Below, piece after piece: positions 29,777 to 39,308 of a stretch of DNA of 51,999 nucleotides. The DNA lies in sequence record SRR31156797_4473, one strand, 5' to 3'. Position 1 is the stretch's first letter, and the number at the start of each line of letters is the position of its first letter. Below the pieces are notes generated by a model. That model made no database searches. It was not told the origin of the DNA and was given only the letters and a program-made list of their open reading frames with translations. Both the position numbers and the translations under genes were made by a program.

Positions 29777-30895
29777 TTAACGATCAATCTCAGGAATGAC
29801 CAAGTCAAGACTCCCCATAAAAGCCAGGGCATCTGCGAGAAGCATACCTTCTGCAACTTCACCGTACAGACTCAAATTGGAAAAGGTTGGGGAACGAAGT
29901 TTGAGTTTATAGGGGTTCTTTCCACCATCACAAACCAGTCGATGGCCAAGGGAACCACGGGCTGTTTCTACTGCGGAATAGTAGTGCCCTGCTTCTGGTT
30001 TTAGCATTTTCGGTACTTTTGACTGAACAGGACCGTCTGGAAGCTTATCAAGTGCCTGTTCAATGATACGCAGCGACTGCTCCATTTCGTCCATTCGCAC
30101 CATGTATCTGGCCATTGAATCACATTCGTCATATACTGGTACGTCAAAATCAAATTCGGAATAGACGGAAAATGGTTCATTCTTCCGCACATCGTAGTCA
30201 ATTCCTGAACCACGAGCTACCGGGCCGGTTGCCCCATATTTGCGGCACTGCTCGGCAGAAATAAATCCTATGTCCTTAATACGCTTGATAAGGATAATGT
30301 TATGGGTTACCAGATCATGATACAAGCTTGGCATCCGCGAACGCAGTCTCTTAATAAAATCGCGGGTACCGGTGATAAATTCATCATCAATATCATTATA
30401 AACACCGCCAAACCGCATGTAGCAGTAGGTGAGTCTGGAACCGGTAATCCGTTCAAGCAGATCAATAACTTGCTCTCTATCATCAAAGGCATACAACAAC
30501 GGGGTAAAACCACCGAGATCAAGCAAAAAAGCAGCCCACCATAACAAATGGCTGGCGATTCGGTTGAGCTCTACCGTTATCACTCTGATATATTCAGCAC
30601 GTTCAGGAACCTCTATCCCAGCTGCCTTTTCAACAACAAGCGCATAACCATGGTTAAACGCCAGGGCATGCAAATAGTCCATGCGTGCTGTATTGGGCAT
30701 GAACTGAGGAAAAGGTGACGCTTCTGCTAGCTTTTCATGCATCCGGTGGACATATCCAAGTACCGGTTCAGCCTTGACAATATATTCTCCGTCCATGGTA
30801 AGCTTGACACGAAGAACACCATGGGTAGCGGGATGCTGGGGGCCAAGATTAAGAACAAAGGTCTCATCATGCCGCAATTCGACAGGAAGTGTCAT
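29777..30895 (-). CDS. nuoD: Complex I-like subunit D
   Basis: LNLGPQHPATHGVLR, GYVHR, RMDYL, ELNRIASHL, terminal GSLDLVIPEIDR; no NiFe-binding CxxC pairs. Confidence 0.96.
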   Translation of the reverse strand: MTLPVELRHDETFVLNLGPQHPATHGVLRVKLTMDGEYIVKAEPVLGYVHRMHEKLAEASPFPQFMPNTARMDYLHALAFNHGYALVVEKAAGIEVPERAEYIRVITVELNRIASHLLWWAAFLLDLGGFTPLLYAFDDREQVIDLLERITGSRLTYCYMRFGGVYNDIDDEFITGTRDFIKRLRSRMPSLYHDLVTHNIILIKRIKDIGFISAEQCRKYGATGPVARGSGIDYDVRKNEPFSVYSEFDFDVPVYDECDSMARYMVRMDEMEQSLRIIEQALDKLPDGPVQSKVPKMLKPEAGHYYSAVETARGSLGHRLVCDGGKNPYKLKLRSPTFSNLSLYGEVAEGMLLADALAFMGSLDLVIPEIDR

Positions 30896-31419
30896 GGCAT
30901 ATAATCCTTGAGAAGGGGGAAAAAGTCGGCATCTTCAGGAAGGAGGATACGAGTAAGATCGGGATGTCCCTCAAAGACTATGCCGTAAAAATCAAAGGTC
31001 TCTCGCTCATGCCAGTTTGCACCAGGAATGACCAAAGAAATGGTCGGCACTTCGGGCTTTGAACGGGGGAGCGATGTTCGAACCGTCACTCTGCATTGAT
31101 CATGATCGTAACAGGTGTAATCATAAACAACTTCCAGCTCTTCTTTTTTGAGCCAGTCGACACCGGCAATAGACTCTAGAAAAAAGTCTTTTTCATCCAG
31201 CAAAATTGCAATGTTAACAACTTGAGAAGGCTCACAAAGAACGTCCAGGTGGCTGCCGTATTTTTCAAAAGGGGTTGCGATTACTCCAGGCAATCTTTCA
31301 ATTTGCTGTTCGCTTTCAACAGATTCTTCAGCAGCGACCTGAGCGGTTTCGTCTTGCGTTGATGCCTCTACGGGGAAAAGGGCTTCAAGCGCTGCTTTTG
31401 TTTGTTCAACTCTATTCAT
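30892..31419 (-). CDS. nuoC: Complex I-like subunit C
   Basis: ANWHERETFDFYGIVFEGHPDLTRILL, FPLLKD. Confidence 0.94.
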   Translation of the reverse strand: MNRVEQTKAALEALFPVEASTQDETAQVAAEESVESEQQIERLPGVIATPFEKYGSHLDVLCEPSQVVNIAILLDEKDFFLESIAGVDWLKKEELEVVYDYTCYDHDQCRVTVRTSLPRSKPEVPTISLVIPGANWHERETFDFYGIVFEGHPDLTRILLPEDADFFPLLKDYMP

Positions 31420-31441
31420 TGGCTTATACCAGGTCAGCGTA

Positions 31442-31930
31442 TCAGACTCTTGGCCATCGGCGATTGCCGGTGATCTTTTCTTCGAGGGTCATTATTCCTT
31501 CGAGCAAGGCCTCGGGGCGCGGTGGGCATCCAGGAATATACACATCTACAGGGAACAGCTTATCAGCCCCTTCGACAACATTATAATTTTCCTTAACCTT
31601 GAAAGGACCGCCAGAAATGGCACAATTTCCCATTGCGATAACCCACTTGGGCTCAGACATTTGATCATATAGTGTTTTAACGGCAGGTTCCAATTTCTTA
31701 TTAATTGTACCTGCAACTATCATGACGTCACTCTGCCGCGGCGATGGTCGAAAGACCTCCGCACCAAAACGGGATATGTCATAGCGTGACCCGCCTGTGC
31801 ACATCATTTCGATAGCACAGCATGCCAAACCAAAGGTCATTGGCCAAAGAGAGTTAGCGCGTCCAAGATTAAGCAGCTTATCAAGCTGGGCGAATTGAAC
31901 TATTGATGACGGTACGTTTTCAAGTTCCAC
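31442..31930 (-). CDS. nuoB: Complex I-like subunit B (N2 cluster)
   Basis: [55 protein letters not shown] start with AGGAG. Confidence 0.96.
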   Translation of the reverse strand: MELENVPSSIVQFAQLDKLLNLGRANSLWPMTFGLACCAIEMMCTGGSRYDISRFGAEVFRPSPRQSDVMIVAGTINKKLEPAVKTLYDQMSEPKWVIAMGNCAISGGPFKVKENYNVVEGADKLFPVDVYIPGCPPRPEALLEGIMTLEEKITGNRRWPRV

Positions 31931-32307
31931 TCGAACACTCCTTTAATCCACGCATAAACGATAGCCAATGATAAAATACCGACGAAAATCAATACTTCAA
32001 CAAAATCTCTAATAACAAATTCCGGACTATTGTAGGCAACGGCCACAGGAAAGAGAAAGAGAACGTCAACGTCAAAGGCCAAAAATATAAGGGCATATAA
32101 ATAATAGACAATACCAAAACGAATCCAGGCACTGCCGATGGGTTCCATCCCGCACTCAATAAGCTGTCCAGCTTTGCCAGCTGTTTGCCGCGTATGGGAA
32201 GAAGGGCTAAAGAGTTTAACAATAATTATTGGACCGATACCGAAAGCAAGCGCACCTATTAAAAATATGGTAACGTAGACGATATTAGTCAGGGTCACCT
32301 GATCCAT
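31900..32307 (-). CDS. nuoA: Complex I-like subunit A
   Basis: [36 protein letters not shown]. Start 32307 or 32319. Confidence 0.93.
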   Translation of the reverse strand: MDQVTLTNIVYVTIFLIGALAFGIGPIIIVKLFSPSSHTRQTAGKAGQLIECGMEPIGSAWIRFGIVYYLYALIFLAFDVDVLFLFPVAVAYNSPEFVIRDFVEVLIFVGILSLAIVYAWIKGVFEWNLKTYRHQ

Positions 32308-32333
32308 ACACCACTCCATTTACTTCCTTTTTC

Positions 32334-32370
32334 ATCAAATAAACTGATCTTTCCAATCAGCACATTTTAT
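32334..32370. promoter_or_regulatory. Two putative LysR-type boxes (ATCA-N7-TGAT at 32334-32348; ATCA-N7-TTAT at 32356-32370)
   Basis: Dyads fit the T-N11-A LTTR pattern, lie 22 bp apart, and sit between nuoA and a divergent LysR gene. Confidence 0.55.
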
Positions 32371-32371
32371 C

Positions 32372-32400
32372 AGTATATCTAGATTCAAATCCTCTGTCAA
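32372..32400 (-). promoter_or_regulatory. Sigma70-type promoter of the nuo-like operon
   Basis: Minus strand TTGACA-17 nt-TATACT, about 55-65 bp upstream of nuoA. Confidence 0.8.
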
Positions 32401-32563
32401 GCCCAAACCTACGACTTAATTGACCTATGTGCCTCATTGTAGGGGTTCCACAATTACCCTTATCTCAATGATAAAAACATTGACCAATTCTGCCGAAGTG
32501 GTAGGTTACGCCTCGAATTCAATTCCAATAATACTTAGGTTCAATCATCTTGATACAAGCAAT

Positions 32564-33541
32564 ATGGCAATCACGTTTAGACAATTAGAAATTTTCATCG
32601 CTGTTGCTGAAACCCAGCAAGTGACACGGGCCAGTAAAAAACTTTTCCTAACCCAGTCTGCAGTAAGCATGGCTCTTGGCGAGCTCGAAAATCAGCTAGG
32701 GGGACCGCTTTTTGATCGCCACGGGAGAAGCCTTCTCCTTAATGATAGGGGCAGGTATCTGCTGCCGCTGTCCAAACAGATTCTCAATCAAGTTGCCAAT
32801 GTTGAAACCATGCTCACAGAGCAAAGTGATTCAGTCGCGGGTGTACTGGAAATTGTAGCCAGCTCAACCATTGGTAATTACGTACTGCCCCACTTGATTG
32901 GCGCCTTTATGCAGCTGCACCCAGATGCACACATCAACATGCTGGTCGTCAATACAATGGCCGCCGAAAATCTTGTTGCAAAAGGTGAAGCTGACCTTGG
33001 GTTTGTTGAAGGTGAAATCAATGTCGAATCTTTGATTGCCACTGATTGGTTTGAAGACGAACTCGGGATCATCGTCAACCCAGCGCACAAACTTGCCGCA
33101 CGTAAGGCCTTTAAAATACCAGAAGACCTCAAAGAAACTAGCTGGGTAATGCGCGAGGAAGGGTCAGGCACAGCGGAAATTTTCACCAAAAAGTTAGGAA
33201 AGCACTCCTCGCTCCTCAAAATTGTCACCAAAACCGGTCATACCGAAGCCATCAAAAAAGCTGTTGAGTCAGGAACTGGTGCAGCCTGTCTTTCTGCGCT
33301 CACTGTCCGCAGAGAACTCGAGCACGGTTGGCTTAAAATGCTGCCGATTGAAGGCATAAACATGCGTCGTCAACTGCGAATAATCCAGCATAAGGACAAG
33401 ATAATAACTCGACTGATGGCTGAATTTTTGGATTTCTGCGAACTTGCAGCCAAGGCTATCAACGGCAAAGAATGCCTCTCCCTGCCTGATAATCTCAAAA
33501 AATTTCTAAAAAGATACGAGCTGGAAAAAAACAATATTTAG
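32564..33541 (+). CDS. LysR family transcriptional regulator (CysL/YeiE-like)
   Basis: MAITFRQLEIFIAVAE...LFLTQSAVS...LENQLGGPLFDR HTH, ASSTIGNYVLP, DLGFVEG, MREEGSGT, EAIKKAVESG. Start reassigned to ATG 32564. Confidence 0.93.
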   Translation: MAITFRQLEIFIAVAETQQVTRASKKLFLTQSAVSMALGELENQLGGPLFDRHGRSLLLNDRGRYLLPLSKQILNQVANVETMLTEQSDSVAGVLEIVASSTIGNYVLPHLIGAFMQLHPDAHINMLVVNTMAAENLVAKGEADLGFVEGEINVESLIATDWFEDELGIIVNPAHKLAARKAFKIPEDLKETSWVMREEGSGTAEIFTKKLGKHSSLLKIVTKTGHTEAIKKAVESGTGAACLSALTVRRELEHGWLKMLPIEGINMRRQLRIIQHKDKIITRLMAEFLDFCELAAKAINGKECLSLPDNLKKFLKRYELEKNNI

Positions 33542-33647
33542 CAGCAAGTCGCCTTCCACAAATATCGTACAAAAAGACGTGCCCCCTTACCCAACAGGGA
33601 CAGGGAATGCCTCTCGACAGAGGCTCCCAGCTGGATTATTTCCAACC

Positions 33648-33688
33648 AAAAAAAGAAAGGGCTGCAAGGCAGTACTTCCCTTGCAGCC
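33648..33688 (-). terminator. Rho-independent terminator of the aminotransferase
   Basis: GGCTGCAAGG...CCTTGCAGCC 10-bp stem followed by a T-rich tail on the minus strand. Confidence 0.8.
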
Positions 33689-33711
33689 ACCTTATCGTGA
33701 AAATCCAGTTA

Positions 33712-34920
33712 CTATTTCAACGCCAACAGTGCCTTCTCTATCCTGCGCATCCCTTCCTCAAGAACATCCATAGAAGTGGCAAAAGAAAAGCGAATAAACT
33801 CATCAGCACCAAATGCTGCACCAGGAACGCTCGCAACCATAGCCTCATCCAACAAATAATCCGCCAGGGTTACCGAATCGGTAACAGCATGGTTGTAATA
33901 TGCCTTTCCGTAGTAGCTTGAAAAATTCGGAAAAACATAAAAAGCACCGCCCGGCGTAATACAACTTACCCCATCAATTTTATTGAGCGCACTCACAAAA
34001 TAATCCATACGCGGCAAAAAGGCCTCTTTCATTTGCCTAGGGAAACCCTGCGGTCCAGAGAGAGCAGCAAGAGCAGCATACTGGGACGGCGCGGATGGGT
34101 TAGAGGTTGATTGGCTCTGAATTTTATTCATTGCCTTGATCAGATGAAGCGGCCCTGCGGAATAACCGATCCGCCACCCTGTCATCGAAAAAGATTTGGA
34201 CACTCCGTTAAGAATCACAGTCTGGTCTTTCAATGCAGGCTCTGCGTCAAGAATATGAGGTGGCAGATCCGCATCATAGGTCAGTGTCTCATACATATCA
34301 TCGGAAACGACCAGCCAATTGTTTTTAAGCGCGAGAGCAGCTACCTCCTTAAGCCCCTTAAGCGAGAAAATCGCCCCGGTAGGGTTTGAGGGACTATTTA
34401 GAATGATGCCCCGCGTTTTTTCGGTCACGTAAGAGGCGATAGTTTCCCCATCAAGATCAAAATTATTTTGTTCATCGAGAGGAACCATGACCGGAACACC
34501 ACCAGCTAACTGGACCATGGGAGGGTAGGACACCCAATAGGGAGCAGGAATCAAAACCTCATCGCCAGGGTTAAGCATTGCCTGAAAAACATTATACAGT
34601 CCATGCTTTCCACCACAGGAAACCTGGATCTGGTCACTTGAAAAATCCCAACCATGATCTTCTTTAAACCTGGCACAGACAGCATCACGCAGCTCAGGAA
34701 TACCTGGTACAGGGGTATAACGGGTATGACCATCATCAATGGCCTGCTTCCCAGCCTCGCAGACATGAGTCGGGGTGGAAAAATCAGGCTCACCAACACT
34801 AAAGTTAAGTATATCTGCACCTGCTGCCCGCAAGGCTTTGGCCTTGGCATTGACGGCTAAAGTTGGGGAAGGTGCAATTTGAAGCACTCTCTCTGCAAGA
34901 GCAATGGTTTCTGAACTCAT
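33712..34920 (-). CDS. PLP-dependent class I aminotransferase (aspartate aminotransferase-like)
   Basis: VGEPDF, TRYTPVPGIPELR, PAPYWVSY, NSPSNPTG, SDDMYE, GVSKSFSMTGWRIGY. ATG 34920 has AGGAG upstream. Confidence 0.93.
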   Translation of the reverse strand: MSSETIALAERVLQIAPSPTLAVNAKAKALRAAGADILNFSVGEPDFSTPTHVCEAGKQAIDDGHTRYTPVPGIPELRDAVCARFKEDHGWDFSSDQIQVSCGGKHGLYNVFQAMLNPGDEVLIPAPYWVSYPPMVQLAGGVPVMVPLDEQNNFDLDGETIASYVTEKTRGIILNSPSNPTGAIFSLKGLKEVAALALKNNWLVVSDDMYETLTYDADLPPHILDAEPALKDQTVILNGVSKSFSMTGWRIGYSAGPLHLIKAMNKIQSQSTSNPSAPSQYAALAALSGPQGFPRQMKEAFLPRMDYFVSALNKIDGVSCITPGGAFYVFPNFSSYYGKAYYNHAVTDSVTLADYLLDEAMVASVPGAAFGADEFIRFSFATSMDVLEEGMRRIEKALLALK

Positions 34921-35207
34921 ACTTTTTCTCCTTCTAGGCAGCATTGTACCATCTCAGCAATGCTACAATGTTATTCTCTACAAAAGGGAGCATAGCGAGA
35001 TTGTATAACGCTGCTCCAATAATAATACTAAAATTCGTAACTGTACAGCGACACCCCACGCAGTCGGCACTTACCTCTGCGCACGATTAGGCGAAAAAAC
35101 ATTACATGACAGTAGGTATCCGGTTTGCTATGGACATTCCGGGAGCCCTGTTGAACAGTTACAGGTTGAGGTTAAGGCGAGGAAATTTTCTATTCGCTGA
35201 AGAGTTA

Positions 35208-36986
35208 CTAAGGTTCTTTATATACCGGACAAGGCCGCTTCCAATCATACTGGCGATATGCAGGATCACTATAGCTTTCGTGACACTCAAGACACAACCC
35301 GACCCGCAAAATCCGCTGTAATTCATTCCCATTAAACGGTCGGAGATCTTTCCTTGATCCTTTTTGTAGCGCTTCACCTTCTATGGTTACAAAATTATCC
35401 AAGCCAACAGTTCGCCCGTCAAGAGTATCAACTCCTCGATCCAACGGGAAAAATGACCATTTACCGTTTTCTTTCACAACAGTTCCCTCGCCAAGGCCAA
35501 CTGTTTTAGAAGATGCATGGCATTCCTTACAGGTTCTTCCTTTTGCTTGGGTAGTATGTGGATTAATCGCTGCCATGGTAAAACTATTAAAGTGATCAGC
35601 AACATTACCTTGTTCATCCACAACGGTCACAATATCCTGACAACCCGGAGTCACAATTACCACCTCATCCTTCCATACAGCAAGCATGGGCTTCTCGTAA
35701 CGAATGTAGGAACGCCCCTCTTCCCACCAACCAGGTGTTTCCTTCAGAGTCAGCTTGTCCAGATGAGTTTCCCGTTTATCCTGTTTAGCATGACAGCCAT
35801 AGCATTGCGGCACCCAGGTTGAATGACAGGCCTCGCAGGTTACCCGCTTATGACCTGGATACAGGCAAGCCTCACTGCGCGGCGGGTTCAGCGGTCTTTT
35901 CTTGCCGTCGTTTTTCCCCGTCAAGACAAAGGTCTCGGCTTCCTGTGACACATTTGTCAGCGCATTGCCTTTTCGACTGATACCAGGGGAAGGATCATGG
36001 CACGTCTGGCATTGTATTTCCAGTTGCTCTTCGTAATGCGCATAGCGGTTTCCATCACCCATAACCTCTTCTCTGGTGTGACAGTCAATACACGACATGC
36101 CCTTGGCATGATGAACATCTTCGGCAATCTCCAGATAAAAGCGATCCCCTGGTAACTTTTTGGAAGAGAGTCCGCCTTTTTCATAGGGTGTTCCATAGCC
36201 TTCAGCCTCAAACACCCCAATATAGGACAGACCTATTCGACCGGACCTATTATGGCAACGAATACAATTATCATCTGCCACCTTTTTAACGATCAAAGGA
36301 TGGGGCTTTTTTTCCTTTATGTCGCTGTTACCTCCCGTCTCTCGCTCACCAAAAGACGTGACAGATGGGAGCTCCCCACCCTTCGGTGCCTGGTAATGGC
36401 ACGCTGAACACCCACCACCCTTTTCATTAAAAAAATCTGGAGCACCGGGTAAATCATTCTTTTCTTTCCAGAGATGGCAGGTAGCACAAAGTTTTCGATA
36501 ATAATCTAGTGCAAGGGACGTTTCGCTGCTTGAAAGCAACTGTTCAACTGAAATATCAGCATCCTGGGTTTCGCGTTCCCCCCAGTAATACAAGAGCGTC
36601 GCTATTATGCCCCTATTAGTGGCCATCAAGGAATTTTTAACTTTAGAGACATCAGCTGGATGACATCCTTCAACACCGCAGGTCTGTTCAACGACCCGCA
36701 GATCACCTGGATTCAACACCATCCCTTCATGGGCTTTGCTCTTATCAACTGCCAGGGCATCACCCAGGTGACAAGATGAACAACCGACGATAAGCCGATC
36801 ATGGGCAGCATCAAGTTTTTCATCCGTATGACAGGAGAGACACATCTCAACATAGCCTGCCGTGGTAACAGATAACTGTTCAGGACGCTTGGTGGCTTGT
36901 TCCCTGATAACGAGATATCCGACCAGCAACAATACGGCGGGAAGAAATATCAATGTTGCGATCAGGTTGCGTTGAGGATGATTCAT
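35208..36986 (-). CDS. Membrane-anchored multiheme c-type cytochrome (11 CxxCH + 1 CxxxxCH)
   Basis: N-terminal TM; CLSCH, CSSCH, CATCH, CSACH, CIRCH, CIDCH, CQTCH, CEACH, CYGCH, CKECH, CLECH, plus CGVEGCH. Confidence 0.93.
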   Translation of the reverse strand: MNHPQRNLIATLIFLPAVLLLVGYLVIREQATKRPEQLSVTTAGYVEMCLSCHTDEKLDAAHDRLIVGCSSCHLGDALAVDKSKAHEGMVLNPGDLRVVEQTCGVEGCHPADVSKVKNSLMATNRGIIATLLYYWGERETQDADISVEQLLSSSETSLALDYYRKLCATCHLWKEKNDLPGAPDFFNEKGGGCSACHYQAPKGGELPSVTSFGERETGGNSDIKEKKPHPLIVKKVADDNCIRCHNRSGRIGLSYIGVFEAEGYGTPYEKGGLSSKKLPGDRFYLEIAEDVHHAKGMSCIDCHTREEVMGDGNRYAHYEEQLEIQCQTCHDPSPGISRKGNALTNVSQEAETFVLTGKNDGKKRPLNPPRSEACLYPGHKRVTCEACHSTWVPQCYGCHAKQDKRETHLDKLTLKETPGWWEEGRSYIRYEKPMLAVWKDEVVIVTPGCQDIVTVVDEQGNVADHFNSFTMAAINPHTTQAKGRTCKECHASSKTVGLGEGTVVKENGKWSFFPLDRGVDTLDGRTVGLDNFVTIEGEALQKGSRKDLRPFNGNELQRILRVGLCLECHESYSDPAYRQYDWKRPCPVYKEP

Positions 36987-37064
36987 TATCGCTCTACTTG
37001 ATTAATTCCCGGTAGCAACGCGATGACGGAGGCTCTTTTTCCAGGCCGCTACTCTGGGTTATAT

Positions 37065-38696
37065 TTATTCCAGAAACCCTTGCACTACAGGATAACGCCG
37101 CCCAGGCCCAAACGCCTTGGTGGTAATTTTAATACCCAGCGGAGCCTGCTTTCTCTTATACTCGTTAAGCTTTATCCTGCGTACCACATCTCTTACCGTG
37201 TCCAACTCTGCACCCTGATTGGACACTATTTCGTCAACGCTTTCATGCTCCTCCAAATAAGCCTCAAGTATGGGATCAAGTACTTCATAGGGGGGAAGGT
37301 CGTCTTGGTCACACTGATCAGGTTTCAACTCGGCAGTGGGTGGTCTGGTAATTATATTACCCGGAATGATCTCTGTGTCACGGTTGTAAAAATGCGCCAA
37401 CTCATACACCATCACCTTGGGAACATCGGATAGCACAGCAAGCCCGCCACTCATATCACCATATAGAGTACAGTATCCGATTGCCATTTCAGACTTATTG
37501 CCGGTCGACAGGAGCAGTCCTCCCATTTTATTGGAAATGGCCATGAGCAGATTGCCACGAATTCTTGCCTGAATATTTTGCTCAGTAACATCTTCATCCA
37601 AGCCGCTAAAAAACGGATTGAGAATGTCATGATACTGCTCCATCAGGGCTGCGATGGCAAATAAATGGAAATCACAGCCGAGATTGGCTGCCAGCGATCT
37701 GGCATCATCCACAGAAGCTTTAGACGTATAAGGTGACGGCATTGCAACGCATAATACATTTTCAGGTCCAAGCGCCCTACACGCTATGGCAGCGGTAATA
37801 GCAGAGTCAATGCCGCCGGACAGGCCGATTACCGCCTTTTTGAATCCGGTTTTATGGAGATAGTCGCGAACGCCAAGTACCAAAGCCTGTTCAACCGTCT
37901 CAACACTTTCCACGGGAGCAGAAACGGGTGAAGGATAACCAAAGCGATCACTGTCAACAATAACCATATCTTCAACAAACCCTTTCCCAGATGCAGTAAC
38001 CTCACCGTGGTTGTCAATAACCAGGGAATGACCGTCAAAGACCAGACCGTCCTGCCCGCCTACCTGGTTAACATAAAGCAGCGGGTAATTGTTCTCCTTA
38101 CAGATACTACTAAAAACAGCCAACCTCTCCAAAAGTTTACCGTGATAGTAAGGGGAGGCAGAAATATTGATCAGGCAGTCAGGTACCACTGCACCAACAA
38201 CAAAGGCGTTGAGAGGATTAACAGGATATGCCGCATGGTCCCACCATATATCTTCACATACAGACAACCCGAAATGGAGGCCCTTACAAGAGAAAATTGT
38301 AGATTCCGTTCCTGGCTCGAAATACCGCGTCTCATCAAATATATCATATGTGGGCAGCAGCTGTTTACGCGCCCTATGCATTACCTGTCCGTCCTCAATG
38401 ACAAAGGCCGAATTATACAATTTTTTCCCAGTCCCCTGTCGCTGCTCAAGCACACCGACAATACAGGTTACGCCCTCAGTTCTGTCAACAAGCTGCGCCA
38501 AAGCAGTATCATGGGCAGCAAGGAATGAAGGGCGCTCCAGAAGGTCTTGGGGAGGGTATCCGCACAAGGTCAATTCAGGAAAAACAATCAGGTCGCAACC
38601 TGCCTTTTTGGCCTTATCAATCCAGGAAAAAACCTTTTCCAGATTCCGGCCAAATGCACCTATAACGGGATTAGTCTGAACAAGAGCAATTTTCAC
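37065..38696 (-). CDS. nadE: Glutamine-dependent NAD+ synthetase
   Basis: Nitrilase-like domain (VFPEL, KQLLP, VCEDIW) plus synthetase domain (GLSGGIDS, QNIQARIRG, TGNKSE, GYCTLYGD, PTAEL); GTG start. Confidence 0.96.
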   Translation of the reverse strand: MKIALVQTNPVIGAFGRNLEKVFSWIDKAKKAGCDLIVFPELTLCGYPPQDLLERPSFLAAHDTALAQLVDRTEGVTCIVGVLEQRQGTGKKLYNSAFVIEDGQVMHRARKQLLPTYDIFDETRYFEPGTESTIFSCKGLHFGLSVCEDIWWDHAAYPVNPLNAFVVGAVVPDCLINISASPYYHGKLLERLAVFSSICKENNYPLLYVNQVGGQDGLVFDGHSLVIDNHGEVTASGKGFVEDMVIVDSDRFGYPSPVSAPVESVETVEQALVLGVRDYLHKTGFKKAVIGLSGGIDSAITAAIACRALGPENVLCVAMPSPYTSKASVDDARSLAANLGCDFHLFAIAALMEQYHDILNPFFSGLDEDVTEQNIQARIRGNLLMAISNKMGGLLLSTGNKSEMAIGYCTLYGDMSGGLAVLSDVPKVMVYELAHFYNRDTEIIPGNIITRPPTAELKPDQCDQDDLPPYEVLDPILEAYLEEHESVDEIVSNQGAELDTVRDVVRRIKLNEYKRKQAPLGIKITTKAFGPGRRYPVVQGFLE

Positions 38697-38850
38697 AGCA
38701 GTAGGTAAGTTAGAGAAATGAAATTTAATGAGACAAAAACCAGCTACCGTCTCAAGTATACGTACACAAAAAATGGGGAGGCGTTATCTGATAATAGCGA
38801 GAGGTGGCAAATCCAAGATTGGCAGCCATCACGATGCGCAACAGCTGCTT

Positions 38851-38891
38851 AAAAACCAAAACACCCGACGCAAGTGACACTTCCATCGGGT
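38851..38891 (-). terminator. Probable terminator of the cold-shock gene
   Basis: Minus strand ACCCGATG-G-AAGTG..CACTT-G-CGTCGGGT hairpin followed by GTTTTGGTTTTT. Confidence 0.65.
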
Positions 38892-38908
38892 AGCAAAGAT
38901 AAGTGAAC

Positions 38909-39109
38909 TTATTGTTTCATGACATTAGCAGCTGCCGGCCCTTTAGGTCCATCAACAATTTCAAATTCTACTTTATCACCTTCGCTGAGAGTTTTAAAAC
39001 CTGATCCATCAATTGCAGAATAGTGTACGAATACATCCCTACCTTCTTCTTGTTCGATAAAACCAAACCCCTTTGACTCATTAAACCACTTCACAGTTCC
39101 TTTCAACAT
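38909..39109 (-). CDS. Cold-shock protein (CspA family)
   Basis: [15 protein letters not shown] (RNP1), DVFVHYSAI (RNP2); AAGGAG RBS. Confidence 0.97.
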   Translation of the reverse strand: MLKGTVKWFNESKGFGFIEQEEGRDVFVHYSAIDGSGFKTLSEGDKVEFEIVDGPKGPAAANVMKQ

Positions 39110-39308
39110 TGCCCTTTTTATCTCCTTTATTAGGCTGAATGTTTATCCCATGCAATGCTCCCTGCACTGTAGCTAACCAAACCTAGGAAGATCATCAGTA
39201 CTACACCATTCAACAGTAATATGCCGCCCACTGAACAGTAGCAATAACATGGTCTACTGAATGAGGTGACATTACCACTAAATTTTTTAAAAACAAAGGA
39301 ATTATTGC

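Noticed and set aside
29777..31930. Group 4 [NiFe]-hydrogenase interpretation of the operon
   Set aside because: The large subunit has RMDYL and terminal EIDR rather than the two Ni-binding CxxC motifs, and the small subunit has the NuoB CC motif.
32420..32563. N-terminal extensions given by the ORF track (LysR here; also mltG, aminotransferase, AhbD-like, GlmU-like)
   Set aside because: Family homology starts at downstream ATGs, and the extensions run through promoter or hairpin regions.
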